A stretch of 64,000 nucleotides of DNA, taken from Candidatus Enterousia sp. (GTDB lineage: Bacteria > Pseudomonadota > Alphaproteobacteria > Rs-D84). This document shows, piece after piece, positions 47,690-56,200 of the stretch. How positions within the stretch are numbered: position 1 is the first letter of the stretch; every line of letters starts with the position of its first letter. The notes under the pieces were generated by a model. It was not told the DNA's origin. It worked only from the letters and a program-made list of their open reading frames with translations, and did not search any database. The stretch is taken from contig JAZLAT010000005.1 of assembly GCA_045613345.1 (NCBI GenBank), positions 135,112 through 199,111 on the forward strand, read 5' to 3'. The position numbers and the translations under genes are program-made.

Positions 47690-49327
47690 TCAATAAACCC
47701 CCGGTCTGTCCAATAACCCAACCCAGCGTTCCAATTCATCAACACCAATAATCCCGCGCAACATCAATTCGCACGCGGCTTCTTTTAATGTGCGTCCGTC
47801 CATTTCTTCCAACCAGTATTTAACGGCGGCATCTGTTTCGCCCGCCAGTGCCAAGCGCAAAAATTCACTGTTGGTTATAATAATCTCTCCCGCCTTGATA
47901 CGACCATGAGTTCCTGTGCCATCACAGTGTTCACAACCCGCACCACGAACATAAACCTGATCCAAACCAATTTCACCAAACGCTTCTTTGACACGCGCGT
48001 ACTCTGGGAATTCCGGATGATTTGATAATTTTTCACGACAATGTGGACACAGCCGTTTGAACAAACGCATAGAAACCAATCCACGCATCATCGTTTCTTC
48101 TTTTAATTTAAATGCTTCGACACCCATATCCAATAACCGCACCAGTGCCGCCATCGCAGAATTCGCATGCAAAGTTGTCCAAACATTATGCCCCGACAGT
48201 GCACCTTTGACCGTCAATTGCGCCGCCGCCAAAGTACGAATTTCACCAACCATTAATGTATCAGGGTCACTGCGCAACGCCGCCGCCAAAGCCTCGGTAT
48301 ATTCCTCTTCTCGTTGTTCTTCACTGGCATTACTGACCACTGGGATTTGATTCGCACCAAATATTTTCTGTTCAACCGGGTCTTCCACAGTTATCAAATT
48401 TATTTCATAATGATGCTCTTTCAACATCAAAGCCATATTGCGAACCAATGTTGTTGATTTACCCGAACTTGTCGGACCCGCGACAACAACCAAACCGGTT
48501 GGATAAGAACGCAACCGCCGCAACAATGTTTGTTCATATTTTCCAAATTCTTGTTCGGTTGTAATACTTTCCGATGGGTTATCATAAAGCAATCGCATAA
48601 CCACATAACGCGACCCAAAAGCAATTGGATTAAATTGCATTCTGATACCCAAAACACCCGCAGGCAAATATAAATCTTTGGTTCCACGCAATGGGGTGCG
48701 ACCGTCTTTTTGTGCGGATTGATATTCGTTTTGCGCATAGTTCGCATTTGAAATATCGGCGGAAGCGAACGCGGCACGAACAAAAGATTCACCCCACCCT
48801 GAATTAAACTCTAATACGGGCTGCATACTTCCATCTATACGAAAGAAAATTGTCGTTTGGTCGGCAACCTTGATATGAATATCAGAAACTTTTTGTGCGG
48901 CGGCACGTGCAACAATATCGACAAAATCTTTCTGCATTTGGTTGTTAAAGTCCACACGCGAACGCGTTCCATCACCCAATTTGTTTTCAAAATATTTATA
49001 TATCGCCGATACCAAACCTAAATCAGAATAAAACGGAATTCTGACCGGACGATTTTTGCGTTTCAATAAATCAACAAAGGCTAAAACACGCCCATCATAT
49101 TTGTGTGTTCGCGAAATAATAATGCAACCGCCCGAAAAATACGCCAATAAACCTTGGGTTTCTTTTGGTAATTCAAATTCACCCCCGGGCGCGGTAAGCA
49201 ACCTGTTCCCTTCGGAAAACAAATATTCAACAATTTCATCATTATCGGCATGCTCCAACCCTGCGGGCACCGAAGGTTTGTCCGATGTTGGGATATTATC
49301 AAAAATTTCGTTCTCTTGATTTTTCAT
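47690..49327 (-). CDS. GspE/PilB-family secretion ATPase (R64 PilQ-like)
   Basis: Walker A GPTSSGKST, Asp box ITVEDPVE, Walker B DPDTLMVGEIR, His box GHNVWTTLHAN, tetracysteine motif CPHC...CEHC. Confidence 0.85.
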   Translation of the reverse strand: MKNQENEIFDNIPTSDKPSVPAGLEHADNDEIVEYLFSEGNRLLTAPGGEFELPKETQGLLAYFSGGCIIISRTHKYDGRVLAFVDLLKRKNRPVRIPFYSDLGLVSAIYKYFENKLGDGTRSRVDFNNQMQKDFVDIVARAAAQKVSDIHIKVADQTTIFFRIDGSMQPVLEFNSGWGESFVRAAFASADISNANYAQNEYQSAQKDGRTPLRGTKDLYLPAGVLGIRMQFNPIAFGSRYVVMRLLYDNPSESITTEQEFGKYEQTLLRRLRSYPTGLVVVAGPTSSGKSTTLVRNMALMLKEHHYEINLITVEDPVEQKIFGANQIPVVSNASEEQREEEYTEALAAALRSDPDTLMVGEIRTLAAAQLTVKGALSGHNVWTTLHANSAMAALVRLLDMGVEAFKLKEETMMRGLVSMRLFKRLCPHCREKLSNHPEFPEYARVKEAFGEIGLDQVYVRGAGCEHCDGTGTHGRIKAGEIIITNSEFLRLALAGETDAAVKYWLEEMDGRTLKEAACELMLRGIIGVDELERWVGLLDRPGVY

Positions 49328-49333
49328 CTGTCT

Positions 49334-50038
49334 TTAATTTTTTGAACCGATATTCAAAGTTTGCACATCATCGCCATTTACAAAAACCACACCTTCATCC
49401 AAAGATATGGATTTAACGGTGAATCCATCAAGTTTTTTACCAACGGACAATTTTTTATTTTGACCGCTTGCTAAATCTTGAACTGTCGCCTGCAATTGCG
49501 AACCCGCACCAAAGACATTTATCAATTTATATTGTTTTTCTATTTCCGTTGGTTCTTTTGGTTTTTCTTCAACCGGTTCTATCACGCGTGCCGCAGTTGC
49601 CGCCGAAACAATTGCACCCGTTGTCGGCACAGATTCCGCCGGATTAGACAACGCTTCACGTTCGCGTTCTAATTTTTTTGCTTCAGTTTCCAAACGCGCC
49701 ATTTCGGTTTGAATTTCTGCCTGTTGTTGTTCGGCACGCCCCGACAGTGTATCAATTTCCATATGCAGTTTTATTTTTTCCGCTGCAAGCCTGTCCAAAT
49801 CAAGATTTAATTGCGCGCGTTCTTTTTCTAATTGCATCAAAATTTTTTCTTGTTCCAAATCGGTAATTTGTTGGAACAGCGAACCTTCGACTTGATAATC
49901 TTCAATTGCGTCCGCAGAAATATCTTCGGGATTTTCGTCAACAACGACAACTTCATCAAGCGCAAAATCATCTGCATAAGATGCACTGATTAAACCCAAA
50001 AAAACGAATATCGATAAAAAATTAAATTTGATTTGCAT
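49334..50038 (-). CDS. secreted coiled-coil protein with PilP/GspC-HR-like C-terminal domain
   Basis: Signal peptide, central coiled coil, and C-terminal YKLINVFGAGSQLQATVQDLASGQNKKLSVGKKLDGFTVKSISLDEGVVFVNGDD, which resembles the secretin-binding domains of PilP/GspC. Position just upstream of the ATPase. Confidence 0.45.
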   Translation of the reverse strand: MQIKFNFLSIFVFLGLISASYADDFALDEVVVVDENPEDISADAIEDYQVEGSLFQQITDLEQEKILMQLEKERAQLNLDLDRLAAEKIKLHMEIDTLSGRAEQQQAEIQTEMARLETEAKKLEREREALSNPAESVPTTGAIVSAATAARVIEPVEEKPKEPTEIEKQYKLINVFGAGSQLQATVQDLASGQNKKLSVGKKLDGFTVKSISLDEGVVFVNGDDVQTLNIGSKN

Positions 50039-51374
50039 AGATTATCACCTCATAGTTCCATGTTTTTCTTGTTGCATTCCATGCCGCACGGGTCATGTAC
50101 ACGCCACCAAATCCATCGAATATCTGCATAAATTGGTATGGAACCAATTTAGAATCCGCAGACACTTCGACAACATACAGTTCTGCCGATTGTGTCGCAT
50201 TTGATACAATATCAACAACAACTGTAATATTCGCATTTAATTTTACTGCCTGGAAACGACTGGTTAATTCGCGCACCAAATCATCAGGGTTTCTTTCATC
50301 GCGCGAATGAGACAAAATTCTTTCGGGTAATTTTGCACGAACAGTTATTTCATCATCACTTATTTCTTGGACAAACACCCCCGGCATAATATTTCCAACA
50401 ACACTATAAAAATCATCCAATGTTCCAAAAGACCGTTTAAATGTTGCAAAGGCATGCGTTTCACCGCATTCCGCCGATGTTTGATTCCACCCCGCAACCG
50501 GTTGCATTAAAAACGCAATCGCGCGATAGCATAAATCCGCACGTTCATTAAAGTCAGGCAACGCATCAAAAGGCATTTCCAAAGGTTCAAGCACAGGTTC
50601 TTGGCGAATATTATATTCTTTATCCAGCTCTTTATTTTTTTCTTCTATTTGGCGTTTATATTCCGCCACCAATTCGGGATTTATTTTTGCAATTTGCGGC
50701 TTTGGCGCAACAATTTGATTTATTGGTTCACGGAATAAATAAAGGAATAAAATACCAAACACCAATAACATCAAAAGCGATACTGCGCCTGCACCAACAC
50801 GACTTATTGGGTGCAACACCCCATGATTGTTTGCCGATATAATGTCAATCAAATCGCGTTCAACCGCACGCGGCATCGCCCATTCTGCAGGCGCAAATCG
50901 CGCATTCCAATCCGGAATTTCGGCAAGTTCGGCATATTTTTTTCGCGCCTCTTCTTCATTTTCAAATAATAAATCATATAAAATAACGCCATTACGCACC
51001 GCAATCAAAGCATATTTACCATCAACCGCAAAAGCGCACAGCATAGACGAATATCCCGGCAATCCTTCGATAACTTCGACCGCCAACGACGGCATGCCCG
51101 ACTTTTGTCCATATGCACGCGCACCAAGACCAATCATTCCAGAATACGAAATAAAACGATTTAATTTGTGGTCAATTCCACGCGCCAACTTATACGCGTA
51201 TGCACGTGGCGTAAAACCCGAAACCATCGGCTGCCACACAAGACCTGCGGCATATTTTTTCCGTTTAATATGTACATATTGATTTGGCAAAATTCTCTCT
51301 CTTAAATTTACCTGTGATGTATTATAACACAAAACCGAATATGAATTCCAGTGTAAAAAACCGTTATTTTTCAT
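50022..51374 (-). CDS. type IVb pilus biogenesis PilO-like (R64-type) protein
   Basis: 450 aa with one central TM segment (GAGAVSLLMLLVFGILFLYLF) and N-terminal KKYAAGLVWQP. The call rests mainly on size and on the order PilO-PilP-ATPase-platform seen in R64-type pil clusters. Confidence 0.35.
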   Translation of the reverse strand: MKNNGFLHWNSYSVLCYNTSQVNLRERILPNQYVHIKRKKYAAGLVWQPMVSGFTPRAYAYKLARGIDHKLNRFISYSGMIGLGARAYGQKSGMPSLAVEVIEGLPGYSSMLCAFAVDGKYALIAVRNGVILYDLLFENEEEARKKYAELAEIPDWNARFAPAEWAMPRAVERDLIDIISANNHGVLHPISRVGAGAVSLLMLLVFGILFLYLFREPINQIVAPKPQIAKINPELVAEYKRQIEEKNKELDKEYNIRQEPVLEPLEMPFDALPDFNERADLCYRAIAFLMQPVAGWNQTSAECGETHAFATFKRSFGTLDDFYSVVGNIMPGVFVQEISDDEITVRAKLPERILSHSRDERNPDDLVRELTSRFQAVKLNANITVVVDIVSNATQSAELYVVEVSADSKLVPYQFMQIFDGFGGVYMTRAAWNATRKTWNYEVIIYANQI

Positions 51375-51408
51375 AACGGCTTTTTATTTTATAAAAATTT
51401 ATTTAAAG

Positions 51409-51777
51409 TTATTCTTTTGCATCACCCGAATGCCCAGTTTTAACATTTAACAAGTTCGGACAATCATAAACATTTGCAGTCAAAACAAAAGAACGCTCTG
51501 GACCGAACATTGTCCATTCGTTTGGTTTTGTGCGTTCCGAAACAATCCAATATGCATTTCCCGGACGCGCTTGGTCGGCAATACTGTTTTCCAAATACCG
51601 CCGCGCATCATCCGCATCATACACCGAAACCGAAGATTCTATTTTATACAAAAATGTGCAACCAATCGGTTCAACGTCCAATTGTTTAATATTTTCACTG
51701 CCGTTTTCATTTTTAATATAACCGCCACATGCACACAAACCTAACCCAACCAAAGACATATATATGTATTTCTTCAC
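51409..51777 (-). CDS. small lipoprotein (DUF4156-like), unknown function
   Basis: Lipobox GLCAC. 122 aa. Located between lpxC and the pil-like genes. Confidence 0.4.
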   Translation of the reverse strand: MKKYIYMSLVGLGLCACGGYIKNENGSENIKQLDVEPIGCTFLYKIESSVSVYDADDARRYLENSIADQARPGNAYWIVSERTKPNEWTMFGPERSFVLTANVYDCPNLLNVKTGHSGDAKE

Positions 51778-51781
51778 TTTA

Positions 51782-52735
51782 TTACCTTTGCATATATATT
51801 ATATCATAATTGTTCGGATTTTTGAACAGTTTCTTAAGCAAGAATGTATTTAACGCATGGCTTCCTTTGTATGATTCAATATTACCGATAATCATACCTT
51901 CGGACAAAAACATATCGCCAATCAAATCTACGATTTTATGACGCACAAATTCATCGGGCCAATAAAGTTCATTCATTGTCCCATCACCCTTTTCATTTAC
52001 AACGATAACATTTTTTTCGTTTGCGCCACGCGCCATACCCATTTCTTTTAACTTTTCCCATTCGTCATATCGACCAAAAGTCCGTGCACGTGCGATATTT
52101 TGAACAAAATTATGCACTGAACCAGACCCCGGTACAAAATCATAGCAATATGTTTGCCGACCAATAATTTTATTTGGATAATCTAATGTAGCCTTGATAT
52201 GCATTGCGATATCATCAGACGGACTTATACGAACAAAGCCATCGAATTTACGCCCAGTAAAAAAGTTTATAAACCGAACCAAACTTCTTTTCCACCACGG
52301 CATTTTTTTCAATATACTGTCCGCACGAACTTCGATAGTTTTACGCACAACAATTTGTTTTAAAAATCCGTTTGTTTTTCCCGCTTTGGAAATTTTATCA
52401 TAAAATTCCGCCGCACTGCCGTCCATAATTGGAACTTCGGGTCCATCAATTTCAATCAAAGCACTGTCTATGCCCGCCATAAAGAATGCCGCCATCAAAT
52501 GTTCGATTGTTTTAATATTCGTTCCATCGCGTTTTCCGATTGTTGTATTACGCATACTGGTATCACATACATTACCATAACGCGCCGTCACCAAATTTTG
52601 TTGATTATCCGGAATATCTGTGCGTTTGAATAAAATTTCATGTTTTTTACCCAATGGTTTAATAACCATATTCACTTTATCCCCAGAATGAATTCCGACC
52701 CCAGAAAATTTAATAATTCGTCTAACTGTTGGCAT
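51782..52735 (-). CDS. lpxC: UDP-3-O-acyl-N-acetylglucosamine deacetylase
   Basis: N-terminal TVRRIIKFSGVGIHSGDKV, HLMAAFFMAGIDSALIEIDGPEVPIMDGSA, and C-terminal GSHALN motifs. Confidence 0.9.
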   Translation of the reverse strand: MPTVRRIIKFSGVGIHSGDKVNMVIKPLGKKHEILFKRTDIPDNQQNLVTARYGNVCDTSMRNTTIGKRDGTNIKTIEHLMAAFFMAGIDSALIEIDGPEVPIMDGSAAEFYDKISKAGKTNGFLKQIVVRKTIEVRADSILKKMPWWKRSLVRFINFFTGRKFDGFVRISPSDDIAMHIKATLDYPNKIIGRQTYCYDFVPGSGSVHNFVQNIARARTFGRYDEWEKLKEMGMARGANEKNVIVVNEKGDGTMNELYWPDEFVRHKIVDLIGDMFLSEGMIIGNIESYKGSHALNTFLLKKLFKNPNNYDIIYMQR

Positions 52736-53630
52736 TTAATTTCTCCTTTAACCAATCAAAGAATTTGTGGTCTATGACCGTTTCCAGTTTTGCAAATTTT
52801 ATTTTCTCGCGCATATCTTTGGGTAATCGCACCCAATCTTTTTCCGTAGTAATCAATTTTGCTTTCTTTTTATCCGCCAATTTCATCAAGTTTTCTATAT
52901 CTTGTTTGCTGTATTGATAATGATCACCAAAAGCACGACGCGCAACAACATTTGATAAAGAATTAAAGAACTTTTTTGGATACCCAATTCCGGCAAACGC
53001 AACCCATCTTTTACCATTTGGCATAACCGTTTTATTTTCGGCAAAGAAAATTGGAATACCAACCGGCAAATTAAACTTTTTCTTTTTCCGCGAATTTTTT
53101 ATAATAATAACAGCATCTGCACGCGATGCATGCCTTGCCGGCTCACGCAAAGGTCCCGCCGGCAATAAAAAACCATTTCCAAAGCCCAAACTTTCATCAA
53201 AAACCAATACAGAAATATCCTTTTTAATTGATGGATTTTGCAAACCATCGTCCATAAGTATCGGTGTATTTTGCCCCTGTTGGCGATTCAGCAGCATTAT
53301 ATTGCTTTTTCGATCACCAACATGAACCGCAATGCCATCCCGCATCAGCATTTCTGCTTCATCACCAATATTTCCAGTATCCGCAGTACGTTTATATCCG
53401 CGCATAACAACCGGCGCATCAAGGTATTTCGCAATTACCCGAACAACAGGGGTTTTACCAACACCACCGGCAAACAGACCACCAACACAAACTATTTTAC
53501 GGCGAGATTTATATGTGAACATTTTACGCACCGAATAAACAGTGCGCGAAACAAGATAATAAATCCAAGACAATGGCACCAAAATAAATGCCAAAGGAGT
53601 TTTATGTAAAAACCACCAAGGCGTTTTCAT
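52722..53630 (-). CDS. lpxK: tetraacyldisaccharide 4'-kinase
   Basis: P-loop VCVGGLFAGGVGKTPVV, 302 aa, 14-nt overlap with lpxC. Confidence 0.85.
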   Translation of the reverse strand: MKTPWWFLHKTPLAFILVPLSWIYYLVSRTVYSVRKMFTYKSRRKIVCVGGLFAGGVGKTPVVRVIAKYLDAPVVMRGYKRTADTGNIGDEAEMLMRDGIAVHVGDRKSNIMLLNRQQGQNTPILMDDGLQNPSIKKDISVLVFDESLGFGNGFLLPAGPLREPARHASRADAVIIIKNSRKKKKFNLPVGIPIFFAENKTVMPNGKRWVAFAGIGYPKKFFNSLSNVVARRAFGDHYQYSKQDIENLMKLADKKKAKLITTEKDWVRLPKDMREKIKFAKLETVIDHKFFDWLKEKLNANS

Positions 53631-53631
53631 T

Positions 53632-54411
53632 TTATTTATACCTTTTCTCTAATTTTGGTTCACAACCTGCCCTTTTTGCTTTTTTAAATTCCGCGGATGT
53701 TAAATCCTGTTCTGCATAATAAAGGTTAAATTCTGCATCTAATTCGCGTAATTGTTTTACCATAATATCTTCCAATTCTTGGCGTTTTTTTTCAAAATCT
53801 TCACTTGATATCTTGGAATCAATAAAGATTGGTTCACCCACGATACACTTTATTTTCGTAAAAGGATATACCAATAAATACCTATCCCACCGATTTTGCA
53901 TCCAAACATGCCGCGCCGAAAAGCACACCGGAATAATAGGCGCCCCAGTCATTTTTGCGAAATAAAGCGCACCTTCTTGGACACGCAACGACGGTCCCCC
54001 CGGACCATCAGGCGAAATACACAAAGAATGGTCACCACGTCGCAACATTCGCACACCATCGCGCAAAACCGATAAACCGCCATTATGGGAACTTCCATAA
54101 ATAGCCCGCAAACCGAATAAATGCTGTAATTTCGCCATCATACGACCATCTTTATGGCGACTTGTTATCGCATAAGATCTCATACCGCCCAAACACACCA
54201 ACGGCGACAGCATCAAACTGCGCCCATGCCAAAAAGCAAAAATTGCGGGCTTGTTCCGATATTTTCGGAAAGTTTCATAATTTATCACTTCGCGCCGCGA
54301 TGTAAGGTAAATAAACCACATCAAAGCCGCCATCACCGTGGCAATAATCCATTGAAACCCGGAAAACCCAAGTATCGGTTCCCAAAACTTTTTCCAAATC
54401 TTCCTGAACAT
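53632..54411 (-). CDS. DUF374 / lysophospholipid acyltransferase-like protein
   Basis: N-terminal TM helix, FAFWHGRSLM and ISPDGPGGP motifs that match the DUF374 family as I recall it. 1 nt upstream of lpxK. Confidence 0.6.
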   Translation of the reverse strand: MFRKIWKKFWEPILGFSGFQWIIATVMAALMWFIYLTSRREVINYETFRKYRNKPAIFAFWHGRSLMLSPLVCLGGMRSYAITSRHKDGRMMAKLQHLFGLRAIYGSSHNGGLSVLRDGVRMLRRGDHSLCISPDGPGGPSLRVQEGALYFAKMTGAPIIPVCFSARHVWMQNRWDRYLLVYPFTKIKCIVGEPIFIDSKISSEDFEKKRQELEDIMVKQLRELDAEFNLYYAEQDLTSAEFKKAKRAGCEPKLEKRYK

Positions 54412-54533
54412 AGCGATTGAATCATAGCAATAAAAAAACCATATTTCAAGCGAACATTGGGAAGAATATCATATAAAAAAACATCTTTATAAAAACCTTA
54501 TTTTTGTGTAAAATAATCCCCAAGAGAGAATAT

Positions 54534-54890
54534 ATGAAATACCTGTTCCAATTTATGATTGTTTTGGTGTTCGTTTTTCTTGGTGAATTATGCGAACATT
54601 TTATACCATTACCAATCGCAGGCAGTATTTATGGTCTGCTGTTATTATTTATCGCACTTTGGACGGGTATTGTAAAATTGCACTGGGTTGCGGATATAGC
54701 CGATTGGTTTCATGGTGTAATGGCACTATTCTTTGTTGCACCGGCGGTTGCGGTTATTGATATATGGGCCGAAATATCTGGGATTTGGTATTACTTGGTG
54801 ATTTTATTGGTCGTGGCATATTTCGTCACAATGGTTATTACCGGAAAAACATCAGATTTTTTCCTTGAACGCGGACGGAACAAGAAATGA
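54534..54890 (+). CDS. lrgA: CidA/LrgA family holin-like protein
   Basis: 118 aa with four TM helices. 4-nt overlap with an LrgB-type gene. Start at MKYLFQ (54534) is preferred over the ORF-track start at 54504. Confidence 0.7.
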   Translation: MKYLFQFMIVLVFVFLGELCEHFIPLPIAGSIYGLLLLFIALWTGIVKLHWVADIADWFHGVMALFFVAPAVAVIDIWAEISGIWYYLVILLVVAYFVTMVITGKTSDFFLERGRNKK

Positions 54891-55588
54891 CTGAATTGAT
54901 ATTAAATTCAACATATTTTGGCGCGGCAATAACTGTCGCAGCATTTATATTGGCAACAATTATAAACAAGCGATGGCAAAATCCTTTTACAACACCATTA
55001 TTTTTGGCAACTATATTCGTTATTGCTGTATTACTGTTGGGAAAAATAGAATATAAAACATATAACGAAAGTGCAAAGTATTTAACATATTTCTTGGTTC
55101 CGGTAACAGTATGTTTTGCGGTGCCGATGTATCGACAATTACCATTATTAAAGAAACATATCTGGACAATATTATTTGCAATGTTTGTCGGCGTTGTTGC
55201 ATCGGTTGTATCTGTATGTATAGTTGTAATATTATTAGGATTGACAGATATAATTGCGCGTTCTTTGGTATCTATATCGGTGACAACAGCACTTGCAATA
55301 GGAATTACAAGAAAACTTGGCGGTTTGGTGTCATTGACGGTATCTGCGGTAATAATCACCGGAATACTTGGTGCATCGGTCAGTGATAAACTGTGCAAAT
55401 GGATGAAATTAAAAAATCCTATATCACGCGGACTTGCAATTGGTAATGCATCACATGCCGCCGGCACGGTCAAAGCCATGGAAATGGGTCATATCGAAGG
55501 TTCATTCAGTAGTCTGGCTATTGTTATTTCCGGCCTTATGACCGCCGCAATCGCGCCAATTGCAATATGGATTTATTTCGGGGGTTAA
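54887..55588 (+). CDS. lrgB: LrgB/CidB family membrane protein
   Basis: 233 aa, polytopic. RGLAIGNASHAAGT motif typical of LrgB. Confidence 0.8.
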   Translation: MTELILNSTYFGAAITVAAFILATIINKRWQNPFTTPLFLATIFVIAVLLLGKIEYKTYNESAKYLTYFLVPVTVCFAVPMYRQLPLLKKHIWTILFAMFVGVVASVVSVCIVVILLGLTDIIARSLVSISVTTALAIGITRKLGGLVSLTVSAVIITGILGASVSDKLCKWMKLKNPISRGLAIGNASHAAGTVKAMEMGHIEGSFSSLAIVISGLMTAAIAPIAIWIYFGG

Positions 55589-56199
55589 ACCATTAACTGG
55601 CACTTGTTTAATTCTTCGTTTGTTTCGTTTTGGTCAATACGTTTATTACGAATTTCAACCGCACTATTTATTTTTTGTTTTATTAAAATTACATCTGGGT
55701 GTGATTGAATTTCTGTATTCATTTTTTCAATTGCTGAATCCAAATCTTCACGTTTTGAAACAAATACCGGCATCACAGAATTTGCCGCATTTATCACGGA
55801 ACTTTCTATGTCAAATTTCAAATCATCTATGACCGATAAATATGCATTCATATGTTTTTTTTCATGATTCAAAACTGCATTATATTCGCAAGATTTACGA
55901 ATATTTGAATTATCTATTTTAATTTCAAAATCGCTATACCCTATTTCTGCATTGATACTTTTTATTGCGACACAATATCCATCACCAACCGCGATTATAT
56001 CAACAAATAAATCAAAATCTTGAATCAATGTAGCAACAATATTTCCATGATATTTGTTCATTGGTTCTTTTGGCTGAACTATTGTTGCGCTGTATTCAGG
56101 TGTTTTTACTTTTGCGGTTGGTACCATTTTATATTGCAAACATTCACCCGCATAAACATTTGTGCCAAAAAACAAGAAAAACAAAAATTTCTTGAACAT
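55585..56199 (-). CDS. secreted protein with HExxH motif (possible DUF922-like zinc protease)
   Basis: Signal peptide (FFGTNVYA). HEKKH within VLNHEKKHMNAY. 1 nt downstream of virB4. Confidence 0.35.
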   Translation of the reverse strand: MFKKFLFFLFFGTNVYAGECLQYKMVPTAKVKTPEYSATIVQPKEPMNKYHGNIVATLIQDFDLFVDIIAVGDGYCVAIKSINAEIGYSDFEIKIDNSNIRKSCEYNAVLNHEKKHMNAYLSVIDDLKFDIESSVINAANSVMPVFVSKREDLDSAIEKMNTEIQSHPDVILIKQKINSAVEIRNKRIDQNETNEELNKCQLMV

Positions 56200-56200
56200 A

